From: Actinomycetota bacterium
Lineage (GTDB): Bacteria; Actinomycetota; Actinomycetes; Streptosporangiales; Streptosporangiaceae
NCBI GenBank assembly: GCA_027313705.1
Contig: DAHVDE010000105.1
Coordinates: 30,544-94,543, forward strand
DNA length: 64,000 bases
Direction of reading: 5' to 3'
Shown: positions 43,594 through 52,417 of the stretch, in pieces
Numbering within the stretch: position 1 is the stretch's first letter
How the letters are laid out: every line of letters begins with the position of its first letter
Program-made: the position numbers and the translations under genes
Notes under the pieces: model-generated
Database searches by the model: none
Told to the model about the DNA's origin: nothing
What the model saw: the letters and a program-made list of their open reading frames with translations, nothing else

Positions 43594-44502
43594 TCAATTG
43601 CCAGTGACAACATTGCTGAGAGGTTCCCCCGCCAGGTGCCTGGCCACTTGATCGGCCACGAAGACGGGCGCGCGGCGAGCGAAGTCGTAAGTGTCACCCC
43701 CGATGTGCGGGGTGATCAGCATGCCGGGCAGCAGCCACTCGGGCCGGCTGGCAGGCAGCGGTTCTACGTCGATCACGTCGAGTGCCGCCCTGAGCCTGCC
43801 GCTGGCGACTTCGGCGGTCAGCGCCGGCTGGTCGATGACCGCGCCCCTCGCCACATTGACCACCAGGGCGCTGTCTGGGAGTGCGGCGAGCACGCCGGCG
43901 TCGACCAGGTGGCGGGTATGCGCGGAAAGCGCGATGCAGATCACCAGGATGTCGGCACTTGCCGCCAGCGTGACGAGGTCGTCAAGGCCGTGCACGCCTG
44001 CCCTGGCGGTACGAGAGACCAGGCTGATCTCGGCGCCGAACGGCCTGAGCCGCTGCTCGATGCTCACCCCGATCAGTCCGTGCCCGACGAGGAGTACCCG
44101 CTTGCCGCGCACCGACTCGGTCCTGATGTGCGACCAGGACCGCGCCGCCTGCGCGGCGGCGAATCCGGGCAGCTGCCGCAGGCTGGCAAGGATCAGCGTG
44201 ACCGCGAGGTCGGCGGTTCCTTCCTCGTGGCCAAGCCCTCGGCCGTTGCAAAGCGTCACGCCGCGCGGCACGGCGCCTGCCACCTCGTCGATGCCGCTCG
44301 ACAGGCTCTGGATCACGGCAAGGGAGGGCAGCCTGCCGATCAGCGCGATGCTCTCCTGGTCACCCATGTAGGGCAGGCAGTAAAAGGTGACTTCATCAAG
44401 TTCGGCCCGGCCGGCGTCCTGGTACTCGATCACGGTGGCCAGGCCGAACTGGCCGGCGACATACTCGGCGACCCCGTCGGCGGATGGCAGCAGCAACGTC
44501 AT
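43594..44502 (-). CDS. D-isomer-specific 2-hydroxyacid dehydrogenase
   Basis: 302 aa with VLLVGHGLIGVSIEQRL (GxGxxG), NVARGAVIDQPAL and ITPHIGGDT. Confidence 0.85.
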   Translation of the reverse strand: MTLLLPSADGVAEYVAGQFGLATVIEYQDAGRAELDEVTFYCLPYMGDQESIALIGRLPSLAVIQSLSSGIDEVAGAVPRGVTLCNGRGLGHEEGTADLAVTLILASLRQLPGFAAAQAARSWSHIRTESVRGKRVLLVGHGLIGVSIEQRLRPFGAEISLVSRTARAGVHGLDDLVTLAASADILVICIALSAHTRHLVDAGVLAALPDSALVVNVARGAVIDQPALTAEVASGRLRAALDVIDVEPLPASRPEWLLPGMLITPHIGGDTYDFARRAPVFVADQVARHLAGEPLSNVVTGN

Positions 44503-44692
44503 GAACCAACAAGGTAACGCCCGCCCGGCCGCGGTCTATACCTTTACCTTCTGACCGCTCCGTGAACTGCGCGGCCGACGGGCCAGCGAGGAGGTATTGT
44601 CACCGGCTCTCGGCGGTGACTGGGAGTTCCGTGGCATAAGACCGCCGATGAAGTCGTGACCGAGGAGTCATGACCGAGCCAAGGGAGGCATC

Positions 44693-46054
44693 GTGGACCT
44701 TCGCCGCTGGCTGAGCCTTGCCGTCGATTCCGTCGAGGACTGGCAGTCCAGTTACCCGCCCTTCGCGCCACACCCCTGTCTTGAAGTGAGCGAAGCGAAC
44801 TTCAAGGCCGCCTTCGAGACGTTCGCCGGCCGGATGCGCGGTAACTACCCGTACTTTCATCCTTCCTATGCGGGGCAGATGCTTAAGCCGCCGCACCCGG
44901 CGGCGGTGGCCGGCTATGTCGCGGCCATGCTGGTCAACCCCAACAATCACGCACTCGACGGCGGCAAGATCACCTCAGAACTCGAGAAGGAGGTGGTGGC
45001 GGAACTCGCGTCGATGTTCGGCTTCCTTACTCACCTCGGCCACTTGACGACCAGCGGCACGATCGCCAACCTCGAAGCGCTCTACGTCGCAAGGGAGCTG
45101 CACCCAGGTCTCGGCGTCGCCTTCAGCGCCGAGGCGCATTACACGCACGAAAGGATGTGCGGCTTGCTCGGGGTGCCAGCGACCGCCATCCGCACCGATG
45201 ATCGCGGCCGCCTTGACCTTGACGCGCTCGACGAGACCCTGGCCACCGGGCAGATCGGCACCGTCGTTGCCACGGCGGGCACGACCGGGCTTGGCGCGAT
45301 CGACCCAGTGCATGATGTTCTCGCCGTGGCGCGCAAGCATGGGGTGCGGGTGCATGTCGACGCGGCATACGGCGGATTTTTCACGCTGCTGGCCGGCGGC
45401 GAAGGCAGCGCCGGCCTCGACCCGCTCCCGTGGCGAGCGATCGCTGACTGCGATTCAGTGGTCGTCGACCCGCATAAGCACGGGCTTCAGCCCTACGGCT
45501 GCGGTGCGGTACTGTTCAGCGACCCTGCCGTCGGCCGGTTCTACGCACACGACTCCCCTTATACCTACTTCACCTCAGGCGACCTGCACCTAGGCGAGAT
45601 CAGCCTGGAGTGCTCAAGGGCCGGAGCCGCGGCCGCCGCCCTCTGGCTGACCTTCAAGGTGCTTCCGCCGACCAGGGAAGGCCTCGGTCAGGTACTCGCC
45701 GCCGGGCGGAACGCGGCACTTGACTGGTGGAGCCTGCTCGCCAAGTCCGATGTACTCAAGGGTTACCAGCCGCCCGACCTCGACATCGTGAGCTATTACC
45801 CGGTTACCGAGCCCGCCAGTCTCGCGGCGATAGGCCAGAGCGCCGACCGCATTCTCGTCAGCGGCATGACTGACCCGCAGCGGCCCGTATTCGTAAGCAC
45901 GCTGACCGTTACGGCCGATGAGTTCCGCCGCCGCCATCCGCGAGTCATCATGGACCGCGAGCACACCAAGATCCTGCGCAGCGTCCTGATGAAGCCCGAG
46001 TCTGCGACCTATGTCAGATGGCTGCACACGCGCCTCGAAGAACTCGCCGGATGA
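44693..46054 (+). CDS. PLP-dependent group II decarboxylase-like enzyme
   Basis: 453 aa with HLTTSGTIANLEALYVAREL, VHVDAAYGGFF and DSVVVDPHKHGLQPYGCGAVLF (PLP Lys). GTG start with AAGGGAGG upstream. Confidence 0.85.
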   Translation: MDLRRWLSLAVDSVEDWQSSYPPFAPHPCLEVSEANFKAAFETFAGRMRGNYPYFHPSYAGQMLKPPHPAAVAGYVAAMLVNPNNHALDGGKITSELEKEVVAELASMFGFLTHLGHLTTSGTIANLEALYVARELHPGLGVAFSAEAHYTHERMCGLLGVPATAIRTDDRGRLDLDALDETLATGQIGTVVATAGTTGLGAIDPVHDVLAVARKHGVRVHVDAAYGGFFTLLAGGEGSAGLDPLPWRAIADCDSVVVDPHKHGLQPYGCGAVLFSDPAVGRFYAHDSPYTYFTSGDLHLGEISLECSRAGAAAAALWLTFKVLPPTREGLGQVLAAGRNAALDWWSLLAKSDVLKGYQPPDLDIVSYYPVTEPASLAAIGQSADRILVSGMTDPQRPVFVSTLTVTADEFRRRHPRVIMDREHTKILRSVLMKPESATYVRWLHTRLEELAG

Positions 46055-46224
46055 GCGATGTCCGGTCGGACAATTAGTACATATTGTGCAACAGGCCTAT
46101 CCTTGACGCCACAGTTTCCTATTCGGTCATCCCGTTGGCGATCCATTGACATTTGCCGCCTCTCGCCTCAACCTAACCATTAAGTGTCCGACTCGGACTC
46201 CGGTTATTCGGGAGGGAGGCTCAG

Positions 46225-46257
46225 ATGCGGGACGACGACCTGAAGCTCGAGGCCTAA
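46225..46257 (+). CDS. 10-codon mini-ORF (MRDDDLKLEA) with a very strong SD
   Basis: GGAGGGAGG (46211-46219), 5 nt, ATG 46225, and TAA at 46255-46257. It is followed 11 nt later by a 14-bp perfect hairpin. It lies in a convergent intergenic region, so it is not a leader for either neighbour. Confidence 0.2.
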   Translation: MRDDDLKLEA

Positions 46258-46268
46258 CACCTACCTCG

Positions 46269-46316
46269 GATCTCCCAGGCCCGGCCGCTCGCACCGGGCC
46301 AAGGGCCTGGGAGATC
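46269..46316. terminator. 14-bp perfect hairpin between convergent genes
   Basis: gatctcccaggccc (46269-46282) pairs with gggcctgggagatc (46303-46316). The inner segment cccgg...ccggg can extend the pairing. It could terminate either convergent transcript. Confidence 0.5.
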
Positions 46317-46380
46317 AACCGACGGGGAGGCAGGAGGCGGCGCCCGTCGGGGCGTCGCCGCACCGGAACCCGGTTAGCTA

Positions 46381-47079
46381 TCAGGAAAGGTCAGTCAGCT
46401 GGTGGGCCGACTTCGCCATCCTGAGCGCGGTCGCGACGAGGGCGTCGGCGCGGGCACTGGCAGCCGGCTCTTCCCTGATGGTCGCGGCGAGGAACTCCTC
46501 AGGATCTTCGCCCGCCTGTTCGACCTCGGCCCGGCCGCCGGCGTCTAGCCAGAGCTTGAGCTGCGCGCCGTCGACTTCCGGGTGGAACTGGACGGCTAGG
46601 TGACGGCCGATGGAGAATGCCTGCACCCCGATCTCGCTGGTGGCCAAGATCCTCGCCTCTTGCGGCGGCAGGCAGCGGTCGCTGTGGAACTCAAGCCATG
46701 GGCCGGTTGGCACCAGGTCCTCATCGGCGGTCTCGACCAGGCGCCAGCCAACCTCCTTTCGCTGCGCTAGCTCAACCGCGCCGCCGAACGCGACACACAT
46801 GGCCTGCGCGCCAAAGCAGATCCCGAGTAGCGGCAGGCCGGCCGCATCGACCTCGCGCAGCCAGGCGATCTCTTGCTCGATCCAGGGGGCATGATCTCCT
46901 TCGTCGTTGACGGAAGGAGCAGCACCGAGTACCACCACGTGATCTACGCCTTCGAGTCGCGGAAGAACGCCGCCGCCAGGGAACAAATAGGTGCTGACGC
47001 TCGCACCACGGTCGGCGAACGCCTGGCCGATGAATCCGGCCGAGTCCTCCTTGTGGTGCCTGATCACGATCACGCGCAT
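46381..47079 (-). CDS. Class I glutamine amidotransferase-like protein
   Basis: 232 aa with MRVIVIRHHKEDSAGFIGQAF..., LLGICFGAQAM (nucleophile Cys elbow) and AVQFHPEV. Confidence 0.85.
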   Translation of the reverse strand: MRVIVIRHHKEDSAGFIGQAFADRGASVSTYLFPGGGVLPRLEGVDHVVVLGAAPSVNDEGDHAPWIEQEIAWLREVDAAGLPLLGICFGAQAMCVAFGGAVELAQRKEVGWRLVETADEDLVPTGPWLEFHSDRCLPPQEARILATSEIGVQAFSIGRHLAVQFHPEVDGAQLKLWLDAGGRAEVEQAGEDPEEFLAATIREEPAASARADALVATALRMAKSAHQLTDLS

Positions 47080-47139
47080 GGCGGCTGCCTTTCATTGCCG
47101 TACATCTCGTTTGGTGCCAAACCAGCTAAGCTGCTACTC

Positions 47140-47244
47140 GCGGTCGATTTCACCGACCTCGACATGTGGGTACGTGGTGTTCCCTACCGGGAGTTTGCCC
47201 GGCTTAGGAGCAACACGCCAGTGGCCTGGTTCAACGAAGCCGGA
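47140..47244 (+). pseudogene. N-terminal remnant (~35 codons) of a CYP125/CYP142-like cytochrome P450
   Basis: AVDFTDLDMWVRGVPYREFARLRSNTPVAWFNEAG matches the characteristic start of steroid-type actinobacterial P450s (..DFTDP..Y....P..EFAELR..AP.WWN.). Similarity stops abruptly afterwards, and third-codon positions are unusually AT-rich. Confidence 0.4.
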
Positions 47245-47606
47245 GTAACAGCGGGGAAACTTCGCTCTGCCGAGACGAGAAGAACTCGGTATGACGCTCC
47301 ATCAGGTAGCAGCACTTCACCGTGTGACATAGAGTCGCTGAGGTGGCATAAGTCGATTCAGTGTGCGACTAGCGTACATCACCCGCTCTCTTGTGACGCT
47401 AGGCGATTCGCGCAAGTAGCGACTTGGCTTCGATCAGGGCGTCATGGGCGCGCCCAAAGGGAAGGGTGGGGGGCGTGCCTTCGGGTATGCGTACGCGTGC
47501 CGACGAAAACCATGCGCTAGCGCTGCCCGCGCAGACTGGCGGCAAGGAGACCAGGAAGGCAAGCAAGCGCCGCGCGCAGTGGGGTCATGACCGGCGCACC
47601 GAGCCG

Positions 47607-50045
47607 ATGCCTGTCGTTCCGAGACCGGTCAGCGACCGCAGGATAGCCATGACCAGGCTAGCTATCGTCGTGACGGTAACCGCCTGGCTTGCTTACGCCG
47701 TCGACTGGCTGATCTTCGACTTTCTCAACCCGTTGTACTCCAGCACCCAGTCGCGGGCCGAGTCGATCATCTACCTGCTGATCGTGACGATGCTGACCGC
47801 GTCGGCCCTTGCCTACCTGCTGAGCAGGCTCGGCTTCTGCTACCGCACCCGCAGTCATCACCGGGCCAACCGCGCGATGCTCGATCACTTCTTTGACGAC
47901 CGGGCTCCGACGCTGACGGCCATCATTCCTTCCTATCAGGAAGAAGAGCACGTCATCAGGAACACCCTGCTGTCGGCCGCGCTGCAGGAATACCCGCACA
48001 AGAGAATCGTGCTTCTCGTCGACGACCCGCCGGTGCCCAAGAACAAGCGAGCCCGTGACCAGCTACTGGCGGCGAGGGCGCTGCCTGCCAAGATCGAGGA
48101 ACTGCTGGCCGCACCGAAGATCAGGTTCGTGGCAGCGGCGGCCAGCTTTGAGGCCAGGTACGCCAGCATGCCCTGGCCAGACCTGCCCGCGATGTTTGGC
48201 GTGGCCGCGCAGTACGACGCCGCCGTCGCCTGGCTGAGGGAGTTCGCCGCCAGCCTCGAGGTGACCGACCACACAGACTCTTTCTTCCGCAACGAGGTGG
48301 CCGACCGCCTGGCCGGTGACCTTCAGTCGATCGCCTGGGCGCTGCGCGACGCGGCCGGCGAGGGCGTGGTACTCGACCACGCCCACCTGCGCCGGCTGTA
48401 CCGCCGCCTGATCTGGATCTTCAGGGCTGAGGTGACGAGCTTCGAGCGAAAGCAGTACCAGTCGCTTTCGCACGAGCCCAACAAGGCCATGAACCTGAAC
48501 AGCTATATCGGGCTCATGGGCGGCAGCTACCGGCAGGTCCGCACGGTCACCGGGGTCGTGCTCGTCCCCGCCGAGCCTTCCGAGGCCGACTTCGTCGTCC
48601 CTGATACCGACTACGTGCTCACCCTCGACGCCGACAGCGTGCTGTTGCCCGAGTACTGCCTGCGCCTCGTGCACCTGCTAGAGCAGAGCGAGCACCGCAA
48701 TACCGCGATCGCGCAGACACCGTACAGCGCCTTTCCCGGCTCGGCGACCAGGCTGGAGCGGATCGCGGGCGCCACCACGGACCTGCAGCACATCGTGCAC
48801 CAGGGGCTCACCTACTACGACTCGACCTTCTGGGTCGGCGCGAACGCGATCATCCGCAAGCGGGCACTGGACGTAATCGCGGAACGCTCTTACATCGGCG
48901 ACTGGGAGATCAAGCACTACATCAAGGACCGGACGGTCATCGAGGACACCGAGTCCACGATCGACATGGGCATCCACGGCTGGCGGTTGTTCAACTACCC
49001 GGAACGGCTCAGTTACAGCGCGACCCCGCCCGACTTCGGCTCGCTGTGCATCCAGCGCCAGCGCTGGGCGAACGGAGGGCTGCTTATCCTGCCCAAGCTG
49101 TACCGGCAGCGGCGGGCGAGGCGCCAGCGTGGTGACCGGACCAGGTTCGGCGAGTACTTCCTGCGCTGGAACTACATGGCATCCATCTGCTGGAGCTCAT
49201 TCAGCCTGCTTATCTTGCTCGCCTTCCCGTTCAGCGCCGCGCTCATCAGCCCGCTGCTCGGCCTCGTCGCGCTGCCTTACTTCGCGGCCATAGCCAGCGA
49301 CCTGCGCTACTGCGGCTATAAGCGGATCGACGTGGCCAGGATCTATGGCTTTAACCTGATCCTGCTGCCGGTCAATCTCGCGGGCACCGTATCGTCGCTC
49401 GTCCAGGGCATCACCGCGTCCAAGTCGGCATTCGCCAGGACGCCGAAGGTCAAGGACCGTACGGTCGCGCCGCCCTTCTTCGTCATCGCGCCGTACCTGA
49501 TGATCGCGCTGGCCGGCATCACGTTCTACTCTGCCTACCGGCATGACCGGGTCGAGAACATGGCCTACGCGTCGCTCAACATCCTGCTTGCCTGCTACGC
49601 GGTGGTCGCCTTCATCGGCATCCGCAACTCGATCGTGGATGCCTGGATCCATTTCACCTCATTGCTCTACAAGCCGGCCAGGCCAAGAAGCCGAGCGATC
49701 CGGCGGGCAGGCAAGAACGCGCCGCCCGCCGCTCCAGCCGACTGGCGCTCGGTGCTGCAGGTTGGCGGGATCGACGCCGGGCACTGGAAGGTCAGCCAGG
49801 CACCACGCCAGCAGCCAGTGCCGCCGGCACCGCAGCTTTCCGCACCCGGTAACGGCAACAACGGAAGGCACCGTGCCGTCGGCCGGCTGCGGCCTGAGAT
49901 CGAGTCGGCCGCGGCGTACCGTCCCGTGGTCGAGTTCGGCTCTGGCAACGTCATCGCCTACGAGGCGGTGCCGAGGCTGCCCGACGCCGGGCAGGACGCG
50001 GGCCGGGCAGGACGCGGTTTCTACCAGGACCGCCCGGAGCCTTAA
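47607..50045 (+). CDS. Membrane-embedded processive GT2 glycan synthase (BcsA/CslA/NodC/HAS-type)
   Basis: TLTAIIPSYQEEEHV, IVLLVDDPP, VLTLDADSVLLP, FWVGANAIIRKRAL, VIEDTESTIDM and QRQRWANGGL (QxxRW). There are two N-terminal and several C-terminal hydrophobic spans. The start may be ATG 47607 or 47649; the track start at 47424 is unlikely. Confidence 0.85.
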   Translation: MPVVPRPVSDRRIAMTRLAIVVTVTAWLAYAVDWLIFDFLNPLYSSTQSRAESIIYLLIVTMLTASALAYLLSRLGFCYRTRSHHRANRAMLDHFFDDRAPTLTAIIPSYQEEEHVIRNTLLSAALQEYPHKRIVLLVDDPPVPKNKRARDQLLAARALPAKIEELLAAPKIRFVAAAASFEARYASMPWPDLPAMFGVAAQYDAAVAWLREFAASLEVTDHTDSFFRNEVADRLAGDLQSIAWALRDAAGEGVVLDHAHLRRLYRRLIWIFRAEVTSFERKQYQSLSHEPNKAMNLNSYIGLMGGSYRQVRTVTGVVLVPAEPSEADFVVPDTDYVLTLDADSVLLPEYCLRLVHLLEQSEHRNTAIAQTPYSAFPGSATRLERIAGATTDLQHIVHQGLTYYDSTFWVGANAIIRKRALDVIAERSYIGDWEIKHYIKDRTVIEDTESTIDMGIHGWRLFNYPERLSYSATPPDFGSLCIQRQRWANGGLLILPKLYRQRRARRQRGDRTRFGEYFLRWNYMASICWSSFSLLILLAFPFSAALISPLLGLVALPYFAAIASDLRYCGYKRIDVARIYGFNLILLPVNLAGTVSSLVQGITASKSAFARTPKVKDRTVAPPFFVIAPYLMIALAGITFYSAYRHDRVENMAYASLNILLACYAVVAFIGIRNSIVDAWIHFTSLLYKPARPRSRAIRRAGKNAPPAAPADWRSVLQVGGIDAGHWKVSQAPRQQPVPPAPQLSAPGNGNNGRHRAVGRLRPEIESAAAYRPVVEFGSGNVIAYEAVPRLPDAGQDAGRAGRGFYQDRPEP

Positions 50046-50048
50046 GCA

Positions 50049-51641
50049 ATGGCACAGGAACTGAGCGGCAGGGCTACCGCACCCATCGAGGACACCTGGA
50101 TCGGCGAGGCCGAGCCGAGACGCCGGCTTTCGCTGTTCCGGGTGCTGCTCGCACTTATCGTCCTCGCGGGCGTCGGTTACGGCGGTTATGTGGTCATCAG
50201 GTCCAAGCTGGTGCCTGCCGCACCGGTCAAGGAAACCTGGTTCGCACCCTACGTCGACGTGACCTTGACGCCGGTTTATCAGTTTCAGAGCACCTCGGAC
50301 GACCCGGCACGCCAGACCGTGCTCGGCTTCGTCGTGGACTCCCCCAACCCCAACCAGCCCTGCCAGCCAAGCTGGGGCGCGGCCTACTCACTGCGCGGCG
50401 CCGACCAGTCGCTGACCGTCGGCTCGCGGATCGCCCAGATGCAGCAGGACGGCGCCGAGCCGATCGTGTCGTTCGGCGGCCATGCGCACACCAGCCTCGA
50501 CGTGAGCTGCACCAGCGTCCCTGCGCTTGTCAAGGCCTATCAATCGGTGATCACCAGGTATCACCTGAACACCATCGACCTCGACATCGAGGGCACCGCT
50601 CTGGACAACGTCGGAGCGACCCAGCGGCGGGCACAGGCCGTCGCCGAACTGGAGCGGACCGCGCGGGAGACCGGCCAGCGCCTCGCCGTCTGGCTCACTC
50701 TCCCGGTGGAAGCCAACGGCCTGCAGGACAACGCGCTCTCTGTCGTCTCCGCGATGCTCGCGCAGCGCGTGTCCATCGCCGGGATCAACATCATGGCGAT
50801 GGACTTCAGCACGCCGCCTGGCGGCGGCGACACCATGCTCGGACTCACCGAGAACGCGCTCTACGCCACCCATTCCCAGCTCATGACCTTGTACCAGCGT
50901 TACGGCGAGCATCCCACCTCCGCGCAGGTCTGGCAGCAGACCGGGGCCACGGTCATGATCGGCCAGAACAACGTCAGGGGCGAGAACTTCACCACAAGCG
51001 ACGCGAGCGGGCTGGCCGGTTTCGCCAAGAAGATCGGCCTGGGCAGGATCTCCATGTGGTCGCTGAACCGCGACAGCCAGTGCGGCAGCTCGTTCCCCGA
51101 GATCGGGCTGATGTCCAACAACTGCAGCGGCACGGCACAGTCCGGCCTGCAGTTCGCGAGCATCTTCAACCGCCTCCCAGGCCAGGCCATCGCCTACGAC
51201 AACGTCACGGCCGCCCCGACCCCGCCGGCGCCTAACACCAATCCGCTCGACGCTCCTTATCCGCTCTGGTCGGCGACCGAGCAGTACCCGCAGGGTTACA
51301 AGGTCGTCGAGCACGGCGAGATCTACCAGGCCAAGTGGTACAACTCGGGCGACGATCCGTCCGCTGTCGTGGCGTACTCCTACGAGACGCCCTGGGAGCT
51401 GATCGGCCCCGTGCTGCCTGGCGACCACGCCCCCGTCATTCCGCAACTGCCGGCCGGCACCTATCCCCATTGGAAGCTCGCCACCAGCTACACGGCGGGG
51501 GACAAGGTGCTCTATAAGGGCCTCGGCTACGCCGCCAAGTGGAGCAACCAGGGAGTCTCGCCTTCGACAGCCGCGAACGACCCGACCGGTAGTCCCTGGC
51601 GTGCCCTCTACGCGATTCCTGGCGAGCCGGCCACGGGCTGA
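50049..51641 (+). CDS. Membrane-anchored GH18 chitinase-like hydrolase with two CBM5/12 modules
   Basis: N-terminal anchor LSLFRVLLALIVLAGVGYGGYVVI. GH18 motif NTIDLDIEG (DxDxE). Two C-terminal modules read WSATEQYPQGYKVVEHGEIYQAKWYNSGDDP and WKLATSYTAGDKVLYKGLGYAAKWSNQGVSP. The ATG is 3 nt after the GT2 stop. Confidence 0.9.
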   Translation: MAQELSGRATAPIEDTWIGEAEPRRRLSLFRVLLALIVLAGVGYGGYVVIRSKLVPAAPVKETWFAPYVDVTLTPVYQFQSTSDDPARQTVLGFVVDSPNPNQPCQPSWGAAYSLRGADQSLTVGSRIAQMQQDGAEPIVSFGGHAHTSLDVSCTSVPALVKAYQSVITRYHLNTIDLDIEGTALDNVGATQRRAQAVAELERTARETGQRLAVWLTLPVEANGLQDNALSVVSAMLAQRVSIAGINIMAMDFSTPPGGGDTMLGLTENALYATHSQLMTLYQRYGEHPTSAQVWQQTGATVMIGQNNVRGENFTTSDASGLAGFAKKIGLGRISMWSLNRDSQCGSSFPEIGLMSNNCSGTAQSGLQFASIFNRLPGQAIAYDNVTAAPTPPAPNTNPLDAPYPLWSATEQYPQGYKVVEHGEIYQAKWYNSGDDPSAVVAYSYETPWELIGPVLPGDHAPVIPQLPAGTYPHWKLATSYTAGDKVLYKGLGYAAKWSNQGVSPSTAANDPTGSPWRALYAIPGEPATG

Positions 51642-51679
51642 TCACTCGGCGAGCCGGGCGGGCGGGTAGGTTGCATGAC

Positions 51680-52417
51680 ATGCGCATCGCGCTGTTCGCT
51701 ACCTGCCTGGCCGACACCTTGTATCCGCGGGTGGCCAAGGCGACCGTGCGGCTGCTTGAGCGGCTTGGCCACGAGGTGGTGTTCCCTGCCGCTTCGACGT
51801 GCTGCGGCCAGATGCACGTCAATACCGGCTACCAGCGTGCCGCCCTGCCGCTGATCAGGCACTACGTTGATACGTTCGCCGGGTTCGAGGCGATAGTCGT
51901 GCCGTCAGGTTCTTGCACGGGATCGATCAGGTACCAGCACGCGATGGTAGCGGGACGGCTTGGCGATTCCCGGCTGGCGGTGCGGGCGACGAAAGTCGCG
52001 GCGCGGACGCACGAGCTTTCCGAGTTGCTCGTCGACGTGCTCGGCGTCACCGACGTCGGCGCTTATTTTCCGCACCGCGTCACCTATCATCCGACCTGCC
52101 ATTCACTCAGGCTGCTTCAGGTCGGCGACCGGCCGCTGACGTTGCTGCGTCACGTCGCGGGCATCGAGCTGGTGCCGCTGCCTGACGCCGAGTCCTGCTG
52201 CGGGTTTGGCGGCACTTTCGCGGTCAAGAATTCCGATGTGTCCACCGCGATTCTGGCCGACAAGATGCGCAACGTGCTCGCCACCGGCGCCGAGTTCTGC
52301 ACGGCGGGCGACAGCTCGTGCTTGATGCACATCGGCGGCGGGCTGTCCAGGCTGCGCACAGGAACCCGGACCGTGCACCTGGCCGAGATCCTCGCATCAA
52401 CCCCGGCGGACCGGTGA
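51680..52417 (+). CDS. lutA: Lactate utilisation protein A, (Fe-S) oxidoreductase with CCG domains
   Basis: MRIALFATCLADTLYPRVAKATVRLLERLGHEVVFPAASTCCGQ...YHPTCHSLR...ESCCGFGGTF. ATG 51680 is preferred to TTG 51671. Confidence 0.85.
   Translation: MRIALFATCLADTLYPRVAKATVRLLERLGHEVVFPAASTCCGQMHVNTGYQRAALPLIRHYVDTFAGFEAIVVPSGSCTGSIRYQHAMVAGRLGDSRLAVRATKVAARTHELSELLVDVLGVTDVGAYFPHRVTYHPTCHSLRLLQVGDRPLTLLRHVAGIELVPLPDAESCCGFGGTFAVKNSDVSTAILADKMRNVLATGAEFCTAGDSSCLMHIGGGLSRLRTGTRTVHLAEILASTPADR

Noticed and set aside
46873-47520. 215-aa plus-strand ORF
   Set aside because: Its first third is antisense to the glutamine amidotransferase gene. Only ~35 codons (47140-47244) show family similarity (P450 N-terminus), and the rest is composition-poor.
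47250-47606. c-di-GMP (GEMM-type) riboswitch or other leader upstream of the GT2 synthase
   Set aside because: I looked for the GCAAACC…GGGACGCAAAGC-type core and did not find it. Only short palindromes (GCGCTAGCGC, CGTACGCGT) are present.
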